A stretch of DNA of 64,000 nt from Octopus vulgaris (GCA_951406725.2 OX597822.1:105772001-105836000); one strand, 5' to 3'. Positions 12,927 to 25,250 are shown, numbered from the stretch's first letter. Notes: generated from the sequence alone by a model not told the origin. Numbers and translations: made by a program.

Positions 12927-13038
12927 GCGAACTACATGAAGTTCCATGGTCGTATTGAGCCGTACTCGGACGGGAGTGTACAACGAACCGTTTCTGCTCG
13001 GTCCAGCAATCGTTCACGCTCATGTTATAAACACACTC
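12927..13038 (-). CDS. Candidate exon of an unidentified host gene
   Basis: Non-repetitive, GC-richer segment bounded on the minus strand by ttttctcgtattttttcAG and GTatgt. Only one frame is open: ECVYNMSVNDCWTEQKRFVVHSRPSTAQYDHGTSCSS. No homology recognised. Confidence 0.35.
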
Positions 13039-13800
13039 CTGAAAAAATACGAGAAAAGAATACTGAGGTGTTCGAGCATGAAACTTGAAGTAGCTCATGT
13101 ATAATTCTTGTATTTATTAAATTATATATATGTTTGTACATACATGTAGGTACACGTAAGTGTGTATATATATTTATGCGCACACACATACCCACACACC
13201 CACACATGTATATCAAAGATGAAAATGCACTGGGATTTGTTTTTAAATTATTTAAGATTTCACTGGTTTCACAGATTTCTATGATTTTCAAAAGTTGAGA
13301 GAGAAAGACGTGGGGGTATGCTGCAACTTCCTTGCTTCTAACTGGAATTCAAAAATTCTCTTGTTCTATAGAATGAACATGTCTCAAGTTAGTATCTGGT
13401 TTGGATACGTTTTGATTGATCGAGGATGATCACGTGATCAGGTTTTAGAAATGTTTGTAAATTCGCCGCTACTTCCGTTCTTTAACGTCATGCGACAATC
13501 TGTTTGGTGTCATTATTTAAAGTTGTCACGGTTGGCTGAGCACAACCATACACGTATTGTAGATACTTACCTAGTCAAATGACAAATATTTATATTAGAA
13601 TAATTTTGAATTGTTTTCTGCAGTTATACTCTTATATAACTGAGCACAGAGCAACGAATCAAAATACGCACACCTACGTATTCATATGCAAATTATATCT
13701 ACTACCACATACACTTTCACTATAGAAACATGCCTGGATTAAATCTTCTTCTAGAATGACGGGATAGTACTGGCAAGTAGACGGTTTCTTCCAAGCAGTG

Positions 13801-13831
<31 letters not shown>

Positions 13832-14142
13832 TTCACAAACACACACAAATACAGACACACATACACACACACACATTCTCACACCCACAGATATAACTTG
13901 AATATTTCAAATGGATTTCACAATGGTCGCTAACGTTATGCAGACGGATAAGAAGGCTGGAGATTATTTCTTGAAAGCTCTTCATCTTTAGTGAAAATGA
14001 ACCTCAAGGTCGTTCATCTCTGCTACGATAACAAATGTTTAAGATAATCGTTACAAATTCTGACCAATGAATCTCAAAGTTTATTTACAACACGTAGCAT
14101 ATACATATACGTACATGCACACACGGAGACAAACAGACAGAT

Positions 14143-14748
14143 AACTTTCTTTATTGGCAACACAGGGCTGAACACACAGGGGACAAATACAAATGTAGGG
14201 ATTTTCAGTTCGAAGATGGAAAAGGAAAAAGAAAAAAGGTAATAAATGTAAAATTTCGATCAAAAGGGATCGGAATAAAAAAGGGATCGCGTATCACAGA
14301 AAGAATTTTATTTTTCAAAGTGACAAACAAGATTAGGTTCATCCATGGAAAGAAAAGCCTACAGAAAAGACCACGGTAACCGCAGGCAGGGAAGAAATAA
14401 ACACATGCGAGCAAAGTGCTCTCTCTCTCTCTCTTTTACGATTTACAGGATCATGCTCAAAGTGGTTTCGTCACTCGCACGCACCATCTTTGCTACATTC
14501 ACCCACCTTCTGTTGAAATTTTCACGAGACAAAACCTGCCTCTCCATTCTCACCTTCCTTTTCAAGTAGTACTTGAAAAAGTTGATGAGCGATTGGCCAG
14601 AGAGGTAAGTGTGTGTCTCTAATCCTTTCGCTCGAGTTCACCACACACATTCTTTCACCATAGCCACGAGTACGATGAAAACTGCCTTGCCTTCCCGGTT
14701 GAGGGAAGGGGGCGGTGCAATTTTTACGATAGACTCGTCCGACAGGCG
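14143..14748 (-). mobile_element. L1/Tx1-type LINE, 5'-truncated 3' end, next to a (GATA)n tract
   Basis: Minus frame reads LSDESIVKIAPPP...AMVKECVW*TRAKG...LINFFKYYLKRKVRMERQVLSRENFNRRW...SMIL*, typical of a Tx1/L1 ORF2 C-terminus. The T-rich 3' UTR carries aataaa. Confidence 0.7.
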
Positions 14749-14774
14749 ATTGATTGATTGGTTGATTGGTTGAC

Positions 14775-14832
<58 letters not shown>

Positions 14833-15250
14833 GTAGGTAGGTAGGTAGGTAGGTAGGTAGGTAGGTAGGTAAATATATTGACATACAGAATAACAAGCAG
14901 GCAGACAGATGGATGGATGAATAGATAGACAGAAAGTAAGATATCCTTCTCTGTTTGTGTGTATGTGTGTGCGTGCGCAGATGTGCGGGTGCGTTCGAGT
15001 GTGTGAACATACCCGTAAGTACGCTGACAGCCTGACAGCCCAAATGGACACACTCCTGGGCGTCTGTTTACTATCGTTGATGTGTCTTGAGAGGAAATAT
15101 GCTGCCTTATTATTCATCTCTATTACACAAGCGACTATCATCTACTTCATTCAGGCTAAATCATGTAAAAGATACGTTGAGGCAGCTCATCTCGGTCTCA
15201 CACGTCTTTGTGTTATATGTATGTGTCTATGTGTGTGTGTGTGTGTGCGT

Positions 15251-15637
15251 GTGGAGGCGCAACGGCCCAGTGGTTAGGGCAGCGGACTCGTGGTCGTAGG
15301 ATCGCGGTTTCGATTCCCAGACCGGGCGTTGTGAGTGTTTATTGAGCGAAAACACCTAAACCTCCACGAGGCTTCGGCAGGGGATGGTGGTGATCCCTGC
15401 TGTACTCTTTCGCCACAACTTTCTCTCACTCTTACTTCCTGTTTCTGTTGTACCTGTATTTCAAAGGGTCGGCCTTTTCACTCTCTGTGTCACGCTGAAT
15501 ATCCCCCGAGAACTACGTTAAGGGTACACGTGTCTGTGGAGTGCTCAGCCACTTACACGTTAATTTCACGAGCAGGCTGTTCCGTTGATCGGATCAACCG
15601 GAATACTCGTCGTCGTAACCGACGGAGTGCTTCCATC
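15251..15637 (+). mobile_element. tRNA-derived SINE: head E + tail T1
   Basis: A-box ggcccagtgg, B-box ggtttcgattccc. Near-identical to 17850-18238. Confidence 0.9.
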
Positions 15638-16309
15638 CATGTGTGTGTGTGTGCATGTGCTTGTGTGTTTTATTATTTTTACTTATAGAATTGAACCTGA
15701 AGACGTGAAAATCTTCCGCAAATAACATTCATAAGAAGATAAGGCGATATATAAAACATATTTGTATACAAAACAGCTTATATATTAGTTGGATTACGTT
15801 CGTATTAATACGAGAGGAGTAGAATTAATGTTGCAGATTTTTTTCTTATTGACTCATATTATTACAATGTTATCCAAGTTCTAAATCACTTGTTTTGGAA
15901 TCACTTTCCTTTTCTATTGTGCTGTAAAAAAGGGCCTTCTGTCTTTCCTTTAAATGTCATTTAATAAACACAACCCATTTCATAAGCCACGCGCGTAAGG
16001 TTACGTTGAAATAACGGAATACGATATGGTAAATGTGAACTATTTTGGCTCATAAACTTATTGAGTTAATGGCGAACGTGACTAGATGCTGAGCGGATGA
16101 ACAGACAAAAGGCTGTCACCAGCTACGATGAACCAGTTCAGATGGCTAAATACTGCGTTCTTTTATAGTCGTGGAGTGCATAGATGAGATATTTCACCTA
16201 ACGAAAGGCCGATGTGACTCAAAGCCTGGCCTGATATTCATGCCTCGTCGGCGTCAAGCGCGGATGGCTTACATTATTCCGCGCAAATCGACAAGGATAA
16301 ATAATTCGA

Positions 16310-16367
<58 letters not shown>

Positions 16368-16556
16368 CATGTTTAGACATTACAAATATATTTAATAACA
16401 GAGCTGACTCAGGTGGTTGCAGCATTGCTTTACAAAACCTAATGTGATGCCTAAGTAAGAATCGAACGTTGCTAATAACCGTTACAAATACACATACACA
16501 CATGCATATATATATACACACACATTCATACATACATACATATATATATACATATG

Positions 16557-16626
<70 letters not shown>

Positions 16627-16990
16627 TGTATGTATGTATGTATGTATGTATATGAGTGCGTGAGGATGTGTGCACGTTTAAGTGTTTATATATGTTCATG
16701 AGTGCGTGGATGTGTGTGCGTGCACTTGCTTGCCTTTTTGTTTTTCTGTTGCACGGGTAAATTTCTATATACATCACCGAACAGAGTGTATTTGCGGCCT
16801 CACAGTATCAATTTACAGATCAATGACTCCTCGGGGCTCAATAATATACTGAAACGTACTGAAATCTCTCTGTTTGGCTCTAAAACTAGTGGCGCCTATA
16901 TGGACGGCATTTAAAGCGGAAGAGTGAACATCGAGAAACTATAAATTTCTACATGGAAAACGAAACGAATTAAAAATAAACAACAATTCA

Positions 16991-17090
<100 letters not shown>

Positions 17091-17849
17091 TTTATAATAA
17101 TAATAATACAAATAACACGAAACGAAATATTAATTTCTTTTAGACATGGATCTATTAATGTTGAACAAAGATGAATATAAAAAAAAAATTCTGTGTATTG
17201 AAAATATTCGAATGTCTAATAGTCTGATCGTAAACTTCACGCTACTTTAAACTTTAATGGATGGTGGTTTTTGTTTGTGGTACTTTCATATCTCTCTGTT
17301 AATTCATTCAGGACATTGAAACATTGAACAATTTAAAGTTTTCTGCTGATATAATTATTTCATTGATATTTTGTTATGTTTAATGAGAACAAACTACCAG
17401 ATACTAAAACGCACGCAATTAATGAGAAATAGAAGATTTTTTTATATTGCACGTATGAGAATATATTTACAAAGTGTACGGGTCTTAAAGAAATAAATAC
17501 TATTTCTTTAGTAAAACAATAATATTCGTTGCTGTTGTTTTAGCTGTTGTGATTCCTCTCTTTATTATATTTTTTATGAAGAACTTTTTTTGTAATTTCC
17601 CAACGCTGCCTTCAATTAATTTATCTCTGTTGAAATAATGCCAGATACGAGGGTTTAGATTTAGTAATTCTTCAGAAAAGAACATGTCAATCAATATCTA
17701 CTAATTAAATGCAAACATTCTCTGTGGTACGTTTCTGTCAAAATTCCCGGTAAACTTTCTCCTTCATTCAGAAACGTAACAGAGTTCGAAACCAAGCGTC
17801 TGCATTGTTTGCTTGTCATCTCGTAATCAGCGGTATACTTCAATAATTG

Positions 17850-18238
17850 TGTGGAGGCGCAATGGCCCAGTGGTTAGGGCAGCAGACTCGCGGTCATAGG
17901 ATCGCGGTTTCGATTCCCAGACCGGGCGTTGTGAGTGTTTATTGAGCGAAAACACCTAAAAGCTCCACGACGCTCCGACAGGGGATAGTGGTGATCCCTG
18001 CTGTACTCTTTCACCACAACTTTCTCTCACTCTTACTTCCTGTTTTTGTTGTACCTGTATTTCAAGGGGCCGACCTTGTCACTCTCTGTGTCACGCTGAA
18101 TATCCCCGAGAACTACGTTAAGGGTGCACGTGTCTGTGGAGTGCTCAGCCACTTACACGTTAATTTCACGAGCAGGCTGTTCCGTTGATTCGGATCAACC
18201 GGAACCCTCATCGTCGTAACCGACGGAGTGCTTCCATC
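17850..18238 (+). mobile_element. tRNA-derived SINE: head E + tail T1, with 14-bp TSD
   Basis: TSD tacttcaataattg at 17836-17849 and 18239-18252. A and B boxes present. Confidence 0.92.
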
Positions 18239-18589
18239 TACTTCAATAATTGATCAGCATTATTGAATTTAAAAGGGGAAGGAATCAGTATGAACATCCT
18301 TGTATTTTCCAAGGGTAAAAGTGACTTATATGAATCGAACATATACATAGATGTGATTGTGAACGGCAACAGCGAATTCGTGCGCCGGGGAACGCTTTCA
18401 CTGTTGCTAAATTTAAATATTCTAATGCAAATTTTGAAAGTCAATGTTGTATATGGGTTCATTTTGAGTTCTGAATTTGTCAGTTAAAAATTGTCTCTTG
18501 TTATCTTATAACGACACCAAATAAGTTATACGTTTTTTTCTGTGTCCATCGGGCCTTACGTCTAGCAAGATACGAAACAATAAAATATA

Positions 18590-18790
18590 GTGAGAGTTTA
18601 CGAAAAAAACAAAAGACGAAGACAGGTGGTGTACAAAACAGAAGGACGTATTAGTATAACGCTCAGGGATAGAAAAATTCTTTTATGTTTCGAGCCTACG
18701 CTCTTCTACAGAAAGGGACACAGAAAAAATAAGGAGAGAAACAAGGGGAGAAAAAATGTGTGTAGTGACTAACGATCTATCATGGCGACC
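18590..18790 (-). mobile_element. Probable Penelope-like terminal-repeat fragment with hammerhead-like motif
   Basis: Minus 18680-18715 reads cttt-CTGTAGA-A-gag-cgtagg-ctc-GAAA-ca-TA-aaag. Confidence 0.5.
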
Positions 18791-19269
18791 AACAATAAAA
18801 TATAGTTGGCTATTAGACGACCTATCAATATAATTAACTCTGGCTCTAGCAGTGTGCGTTTTAATACTAAAATGGATGACCAATGTAACACACAAGTCTC
18901 TTAAGAATTTTCTGAGACAAAATAATACATCTAGTGCCATTCCACGTATGTATATACATTAAATATTATACACACATGTATTATAATCTAGTGCTGTTTC
19001 AAATATGTATATTCATTTTGAGTCTTCTGTCTCTTTATTTTTTTCCCTTCCATCAGTTTGAATATAAATACGTTTCAATATTTTAAATGAGTCCAAAATG
19101 GCCATAATCGGAAGTTTCAGCTTGCTGCTCCTACTATTGAAATATTCGTATAACACAAGCTAGTAGTGTTTAGCATTCGTGATTTCTACTCAGCTATAAG
19201 ATAATTTTGTTTCTCTCTATTTTTTCCTTTTTTTTTTTTTTTGCTTATGCATTAATCGTTGATAGTTCA

Positions 19270-19750
19270 TTATTTACATTATTTACATTTGACGGATACT
19301 TGTCCTCATTTTGTTTGCTGTTAACAGAACGTTTCGGCTGATATACCCTCCAGCCTTCATCAGGAGTCTTGGGGAAATTTCGAACCTGATGAAAGCTGGA
19401 GGGTATACCAGGCGAGCTGGCAGAATCGCTAGCACGCCGGGCGAAATGCGTAGCCGTATTTCGTCTGCCGTTACGTTCTGAGTTCAAATTCTGCCGAGGT
19501 CGACTTTGCCTTTCATCCTTTCGGGGTCGATTAAATAAGTACCAGTTACGCACTGGGGTCGATGTAATCGACTTAATCCGTTTGCCTGTCCTTGTTTGTC
19601 TTCTCTGTGTTAGCCCCTTGTGGGTAGTAAAGAAACAGATATACCAGCCGAAACGTTGTGTTCACAAAAAACAAGATGAGAACAAATATCCGTCAAATGT
19701 AAATAATGTAAATAATGTGCATAATTCCTCATCTCTTACATATAGAACTG
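19270..19750. mobile_element. Inverted pair of hammerhead-bearing tails, the + copy interrupted by SINE B
   Basis: 19270-19385 (minus) and 19385-19409 plus 19638-19750 (plus) both match the tail at 22760-22900. Confidence 0.85.
19410..19637 (+). mobile_element. tRNA-derived SINE family B, full length
   Basis: Head ggcgagctggcagaatcg, B-box gagttcaaattc, central gcctttcatcctttcggggtcga, tail ccccttgtgggtagtaaagaaa. Flanked by a tataccag duplication. Confidence 0.9.
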
Positions 19751-20253
19751 TCTCGTTGACAGTTCTGTAGTTGTTGGGGTTTTTTTCACTAACACAGCCA
19801 GCTGTAAACTACACGAGTGATTTGAACAGGTTTACGTTGGAGTTTAAATTATGCAAGTCGTCTCTACTTTGAATGATCTATACGGCTATAGTACATGATA
19901 AAATATGAAAATAGTATAATTTATTACGATTGCGCTGTCTTATCAACACTGGAGCATATAATAGGTTCTATAAGCGAAAGTAGATAATAGATATCTTCGG
20001 TACTGAAGTTCACACATTACACTTTTTAACCTTAAAAGAGATGTCAATGGAGGATAGGTGAAATATGAAGTCTTCGATATAAAACGTTAAGAACTAGCTA
20101 AGTTTAAAATATATTGAATATTGGTCTGTTTTCTGTTAGGTATATCACCAGAGATTTCTGTGAGAGTATATATGGTATTGAATGATTATTCCTTATTGAC
20201 AAACTTGATTTGCAATGGAAACTATGTTGTCTGCTGTATTTCCTATTAGTAAC

Positions 20254-20584
20254 AAAAAAGGAGCACTCCGTCGGTTACGACGACGAGGGTCCCAGCTGAT
20301 ACGATCAACAGAACAGCCTGCTCGTGAAATTAACGTGCAAGTGGCTGAGCACTCCACAGACACGTGTACCCTTAACGTAGTTCTCAGGGAGATTCAGCGT
20401 GACACAGAGAGTGACAAGGCTGACCCTTTGAAATACAAGTACAACACATTTTTGCCAGCTGAGTGGACTGGAGCAACGTGAAATAAAGTGTCTTGCTCAA
20501 GGACACAACGCGTCGCTTGGAATTGAACTCATGACCTTACAATCGTGAGCCGAATGCCCTAACCACTAAGCCACGCGCCCTCAC
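20254..20584 (-). mobile_element. SINE: head C + tail T1, flanked by ~185-bp direct repeats
   Basis: Head matches 51533 and 63142, tail matches 15251 and 17850. Flanks 20069-20253 and 20585-20770 are near-identical. Confidence 0.9.
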
Positions 20585-20984
20585 AGTCTTCGATATAAAA
20601 TGTTAAGAACTAGCTAAGTTAAAAAATATATTGAATATTAGTCTGTTTTCTGTTAGGTATATCACCAGAGATTTCTGTGAGAGTATATATGGTATTGAAG
20701 GATTATTCCTTATTGACAAACTTGATTTGCAATGGAAACTATGTTGTCGGCTGTACTTCCTATTGGTAACGTTCTTAGCAACAACAGAAACTGGCGAACT
20801 GAATTGCTTCCATTCTTAAATTTCATTCCTCAATGTTTTAATTTGAAAAGAGAGTGACGTTGATGTTTCCTGTTAATTTTTCTCGAGGCTCTTAAAATAA
20901 AAACAATTAATAACAGACCTTATTAATTGCGCCAAGACTTTACAAAAATTAATGTGATGACTAAGGGAAAAACGAACATGACTA

Positions 20985-21235
20985 ATAGGTGCAGGTGTGG
21001 CCGTGTGGTAAGAAGCTTGCTTCCCAGCCACGTGGTTCTGGGTTCAGTCCGACTACGTGGCATTTTAGGTAAGTAGTTTTCTACTATAGCCTGTGACAGA
21101 CTAATGCCTTGTGAGTAGATCTGGCAGGCAGAACCTGAAAGAAACCCGTGGTATATATATTATATATCCATTTTTGTGTGTTTGTAACCCACCAGTGTTG
21201 GTGTGTTTACGTCCCCGTATTTTATCAGTTCGGCA
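20985..21235 (+). mobile_element. SINE family A, degenerate and 3'-truncated
   Basis: ggtgcaggtgtggccgtgtggtaagaagc...gggttcagtcc matches the family A head. Confidence 0.8.
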
Positions 21236-22308
21236 TAATAACATCATTAGCCTTCCAGTAATGACCACCCCATCTTTTGATTCAGTAAATTTCATACATC
21301 TGACGTTATATTACTCACCTGAAGCTGAGACGTCAGTATTTTTTAAACGAGTAGATTGTGTTCTAAGGAAAAGCTGAGTGCGTCTTCTAGCAGATTACAA
21401 AGTCACAACGTGACTCTCTTCTCGGCTGCAATCGTTGGTATGCGGCTTTAGGGATTCCAGCCTTGGCCACCGTATTTTCTGTAGTTTGTTGTAGTTTGTT
21501 GACTGCATTATCTAATATCTTTTTTCCTGATTTATGAGGCTATGCAATATTCAATGACAATTTAACTGCTATTTCTAATGCTCCAAACCACTGCAAATCT
21601 TATCCTTAACGGGCCTTTTTCTCTTTATCATAATAATTAGGCATATATTTTCCAATTCAAGACGTGCCTCTGTAAGGGCTTGAATCGTTGATTTTTCTTT
21701 TGTCTACTTCTCACGCACTCTTCAAACCATTAATGGCCATGTTTTATGACGTTTAAACTGCTAGATTTAAAATGCTGTGACCATAAAAGTTAAATTTTTA
21801 TTTGCAATTTCCTTTCTTTAGTCATTATTCTGTCAGTAGAATCAGGTGAAGACTATCAGGTTCTATTATGTTTGAGTTCAGTTCAAGCAATCATTTCTTT
21901 TCGTTTTGCTTTGCTTCGGAGGTCATGCACTGGTCACTTATAGAATGGATCTATTATAGTTTACTTTTACTTCTTTCTTCTAAGAAGAGGTGTTTATAAA
22001 ACCTTTTCACATGTTCAGTTGCCAGGAGAAGTGATGTGATGTTCATCAAATTCCACTCTTTCTCTCACCTTCACTCTGTCTTTCTCTCTCACTCTCCCTC
22101 ATCCTCCTTCTCCGACTCTCACTTTCTATCTCTCCCTCACTCCCAAATGAAGTAAAATCCCTAAGCGTCAGATTTTCTAATCTTCCTAGCAACCGAATCC
22201 AACTTAACAGTCTTCTATGAATTCTTCCATTGACTAATTCTTGCCGAGAAAAACATCCATTACAGATCCTTTGGCTGACGCATTTGAACCTATGGTGTTA
22301 TCGAGGAT

Positions 22309-22379
<71 letters not shown>

Positions 22380-22440
22380 TGTAGTAGTAGTAGTAGTAGT
22401 AGTGGTTGTTGTTCTTCTAATTCTTGTTCTACTTCTTGTT

Positions 22441-22529
<89 letters not shown>

Positions 22530-22591
22530 TCTTCTTCTTCAGCTGCTTATTCCTTTTCTTATTATTATCATTACCATTAATCTTCTTTCAC

Positions 22592-22900
22592 GGGCATATA
22601 GCGTAATGGTTAAGAACGTAGGCTACTAACCTCAAGACTACGAGTTCAATTCCAGGCAGTGCCTTGAATAAATTATAATAATAATAATAATAATGATGAT
22701 GATGATAATAACTTCAGAAATACCTTAGAAATGAGAACACAGGGTTGGGGTCAAAATTCTACCAGGACAGCTGATGAAGGCTGGAGAGTAAATCAGCCGA
22801 AAAGTTGTGTTAACAACAAACAAGATGAGGATACATATCCTTCCAATGTAAATAATGTAAATAATGTACAGAATTCTTTATCTCTAAAATATAGAACAGT
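22592..22900 (+). mobile_element. tRNA-headed SINE-like element with hammerhead-motif tail
   Basis: A-box tagcgtaatgg (22599-22609), B-box gagttcaattcc (22642-22653), (TAA/GAT)n spacer, then CTGATGA-A-ggctg..cagcc-GAAA (22771-22802) and a (tgtaaataa)n end. Confidence 0.7.
22766..22811 (+). ncRNA. Predicted minimal type I hammerhead ribozyme (degenerate copy)
   Basis: Core CUGAUGA, an extra A, stem II GGCUG/CAGCC, then GAAA. Sister copies have the AACGUU stem III. Confidence 0.55.
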
Positions 22901-23129
22901 ATTCTTTCCATTTTGTTTCCATTTCTTTGCTGAGTGTCTTCATAACACATTGGGCAAAGAAACTCACTGTACATACTGGTATGTCATTAAAATAAACATA
23001 ACAGATTGTTCATTTACAAAGTCATGTGATAGGAAGAAGTAGGAGGAAAGACGCAGGAAAGACGGGAAAATGGAGAAATGAAAAAAAAAATGATATCAAA
23101 GAAAATAAAAGTGGCAAAAGGAAATAAAT

Positions 23130-23730
23130 TTCACAGCGACAATGCTCTTCTCAATTCGTGTGACGTTCTAGTTAAGACAATCTTTTGCCCATCCAGCATT
23201 GATGGTAAACCAGGGATCATCCCGAAGTAATTTTCAATTCCCATTTTGGTCATTCCAACAATCACTGATACATTAACCATTTTGAGATATCACGGTTTTT
23301 CGATTTCAATCAGGAAAGCTTTATATTTTCTGAGCTTATCAAATTCTTTTGTCGAGATATGATCACATGATATGTTCATGTCAATCAATAAACAGATTTT
23401 ATTATTTTGGTCGTTCACAATAATATCTGATTTATTAGGTTTGATGGTCCACTCTCTATATACTGGAAAGTCCCAAAGAATCGTTACATTTTCTCCCTCA
23501 GTTACAGATTCGGGGAGGTGCTTGTACCATTTGTCAGCAGTTTTGATTTTATAATGCCGACATATTATCTAGTGGAGATATTGGCCGACTCTGTCATGTC
23601 TTGGGTTATACTCCACTGGTGATAAAACATTACCCAAAGATTAAGTGGATCAATGTTTCAATGTCATCGTTGCAGTATCGGCACTTTGGGGTTACTCCAC
23701 TTTTCATCACATTAGCTTCGTAGTTCCATA
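23130..23730 (-). mobile_element. R4/Dong-type (RLE) LINE 3' fragment
   Basis: Minus translation includes KCRYCNDDIETLIHL, RHDRVGQYLH, ILWDFPV, KSDIIV, LLIDMNISCD and KLRKYK (CCHC plus RLE), with stops. Confidence 0.85.
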
Positions 23731-23837
23731 TTCTTCTTCTTCTTCTTCTTCTTCTTCTTCTTCTTCTTCTTCTTCTTCTTCTTCTTCTTCTTCTTCTTCT
23801 TCTTCTAATTATTATTATTATTATTATTACTATTATT

Positions 23838-23869
<32 letters not shown>

Positions 23870-23986
23870 AGTTGTTGTTGTTGTCGTCATCATCATCACC
23901 ATCATCATCGCCATCATCATCATCATCATCCTCCACATCATCATCATCATCATCACCATCATCATCACATCATCATCATCATTATT

Positions 23987-24522
23987 ACTGAGTGAGAGAG
24001 CAGTGCCTGCCATCCAAGTGGCACTGGGGTAAAATATACGAAGCCCAACATACCCATCATGACTACCCGTCTGATAAGGGTACACCAGGCACATGCATCA
24101 CAACCATATGTGCGCAAAAAGGTCATCTCATATCAAGATAAACAGCACATGACCTTGCAGGTGGGGCCCGGTTAGAATTTTCTTCTGGTCGAGTAACCCA
24201 TCTCGACCAAAAGGTCCCTGAATAAGGGTTGTTTAAGGATGTTGAACGAAACACCCATATTTTCAGAGGTGAATCATTCAAACCCCAAAGAATCCCTCTC
24301 AACACATAGTTATGACGCTCCCCCACTACTTCTGCTCGTGATCAGAGATGCACATATCGTCAGCTACTAAGAGACATGCTCAACTGGTTAAGGTCAAGCA
24401 AACCTTTGGTATTGAGCAGAATATTTGCTGTAGCCCATCTTTTATACCAAGACAAAACAATGTACATGATAACACTTCCAATCAGTTTAGATCAGAAGCC
24501 ACGAGATCTACTGCCTGATAAC
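23987..24522 (-). mobile_element. Unclassified ~530-bp GC-richer interspersed repeat within trinucleotide tracts
   Basis: Sharp compositional island between (CAT/ATT)n and (ATT)n, with no recognisable ORF. Element status is inferred. Confidence 0.5.
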
Positions 24523-24732
24523 ATTATTATAATATTATTATTATAATATTATTATTATAATATTATTATCATTATTATTATTATTATTATTATTACTATT
24601 ATTCAGTAGTTTTATTTTTATAGAGTGCTTTCACTTCACTACCGAGCTCTGTGTGCCTTGGCTATGTGCTGTGATTTGTTGTGATGCTCTGATGGTTATT
24701 GTGTGGAAAGTGTTCTGCGTAGGATGTGTGCA

Positions 24733-24840
<108 letters not shown>

Positions 24841-25086
24841 AGCAAGCTAGAAGAATCGTTAGCTCCCTGAGCAAAACGTGTAGCGATGTTTCATCCGACT
24901 CTACGTTCTGAGTTCAAATTTTTGTCCTTTCAGAGTCGAGAAAGTAAAGCCCCAGTCAAATATTATATCGATAGCTTCGATAGGGTCCCTCTTTTCGAAT
25001 CTGCTAGTCTCGTGCCTAAATTATAAACCACCACCACCACCACCACCATGACCACAGCTACTACATTAACAACAACAACAACAACA

Positions 25087-25133
<47 letters not shown>

Positions 25134-25146
25134 CACCACCACCACC

Positions 25147-25193
<47 letters not shown>

Positions 25194-25206
25194 CACCACC
25201 ACCACC

Positions 25207-25250
<44 letters not shown>

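Noticed and set aside
16171-16310. GC-richer segment with ORF ECIDEIFHLTKGRCDSKPG
   Set aside because: An acceptor-like site is present, but there is no matching donor and no recognisable homology.
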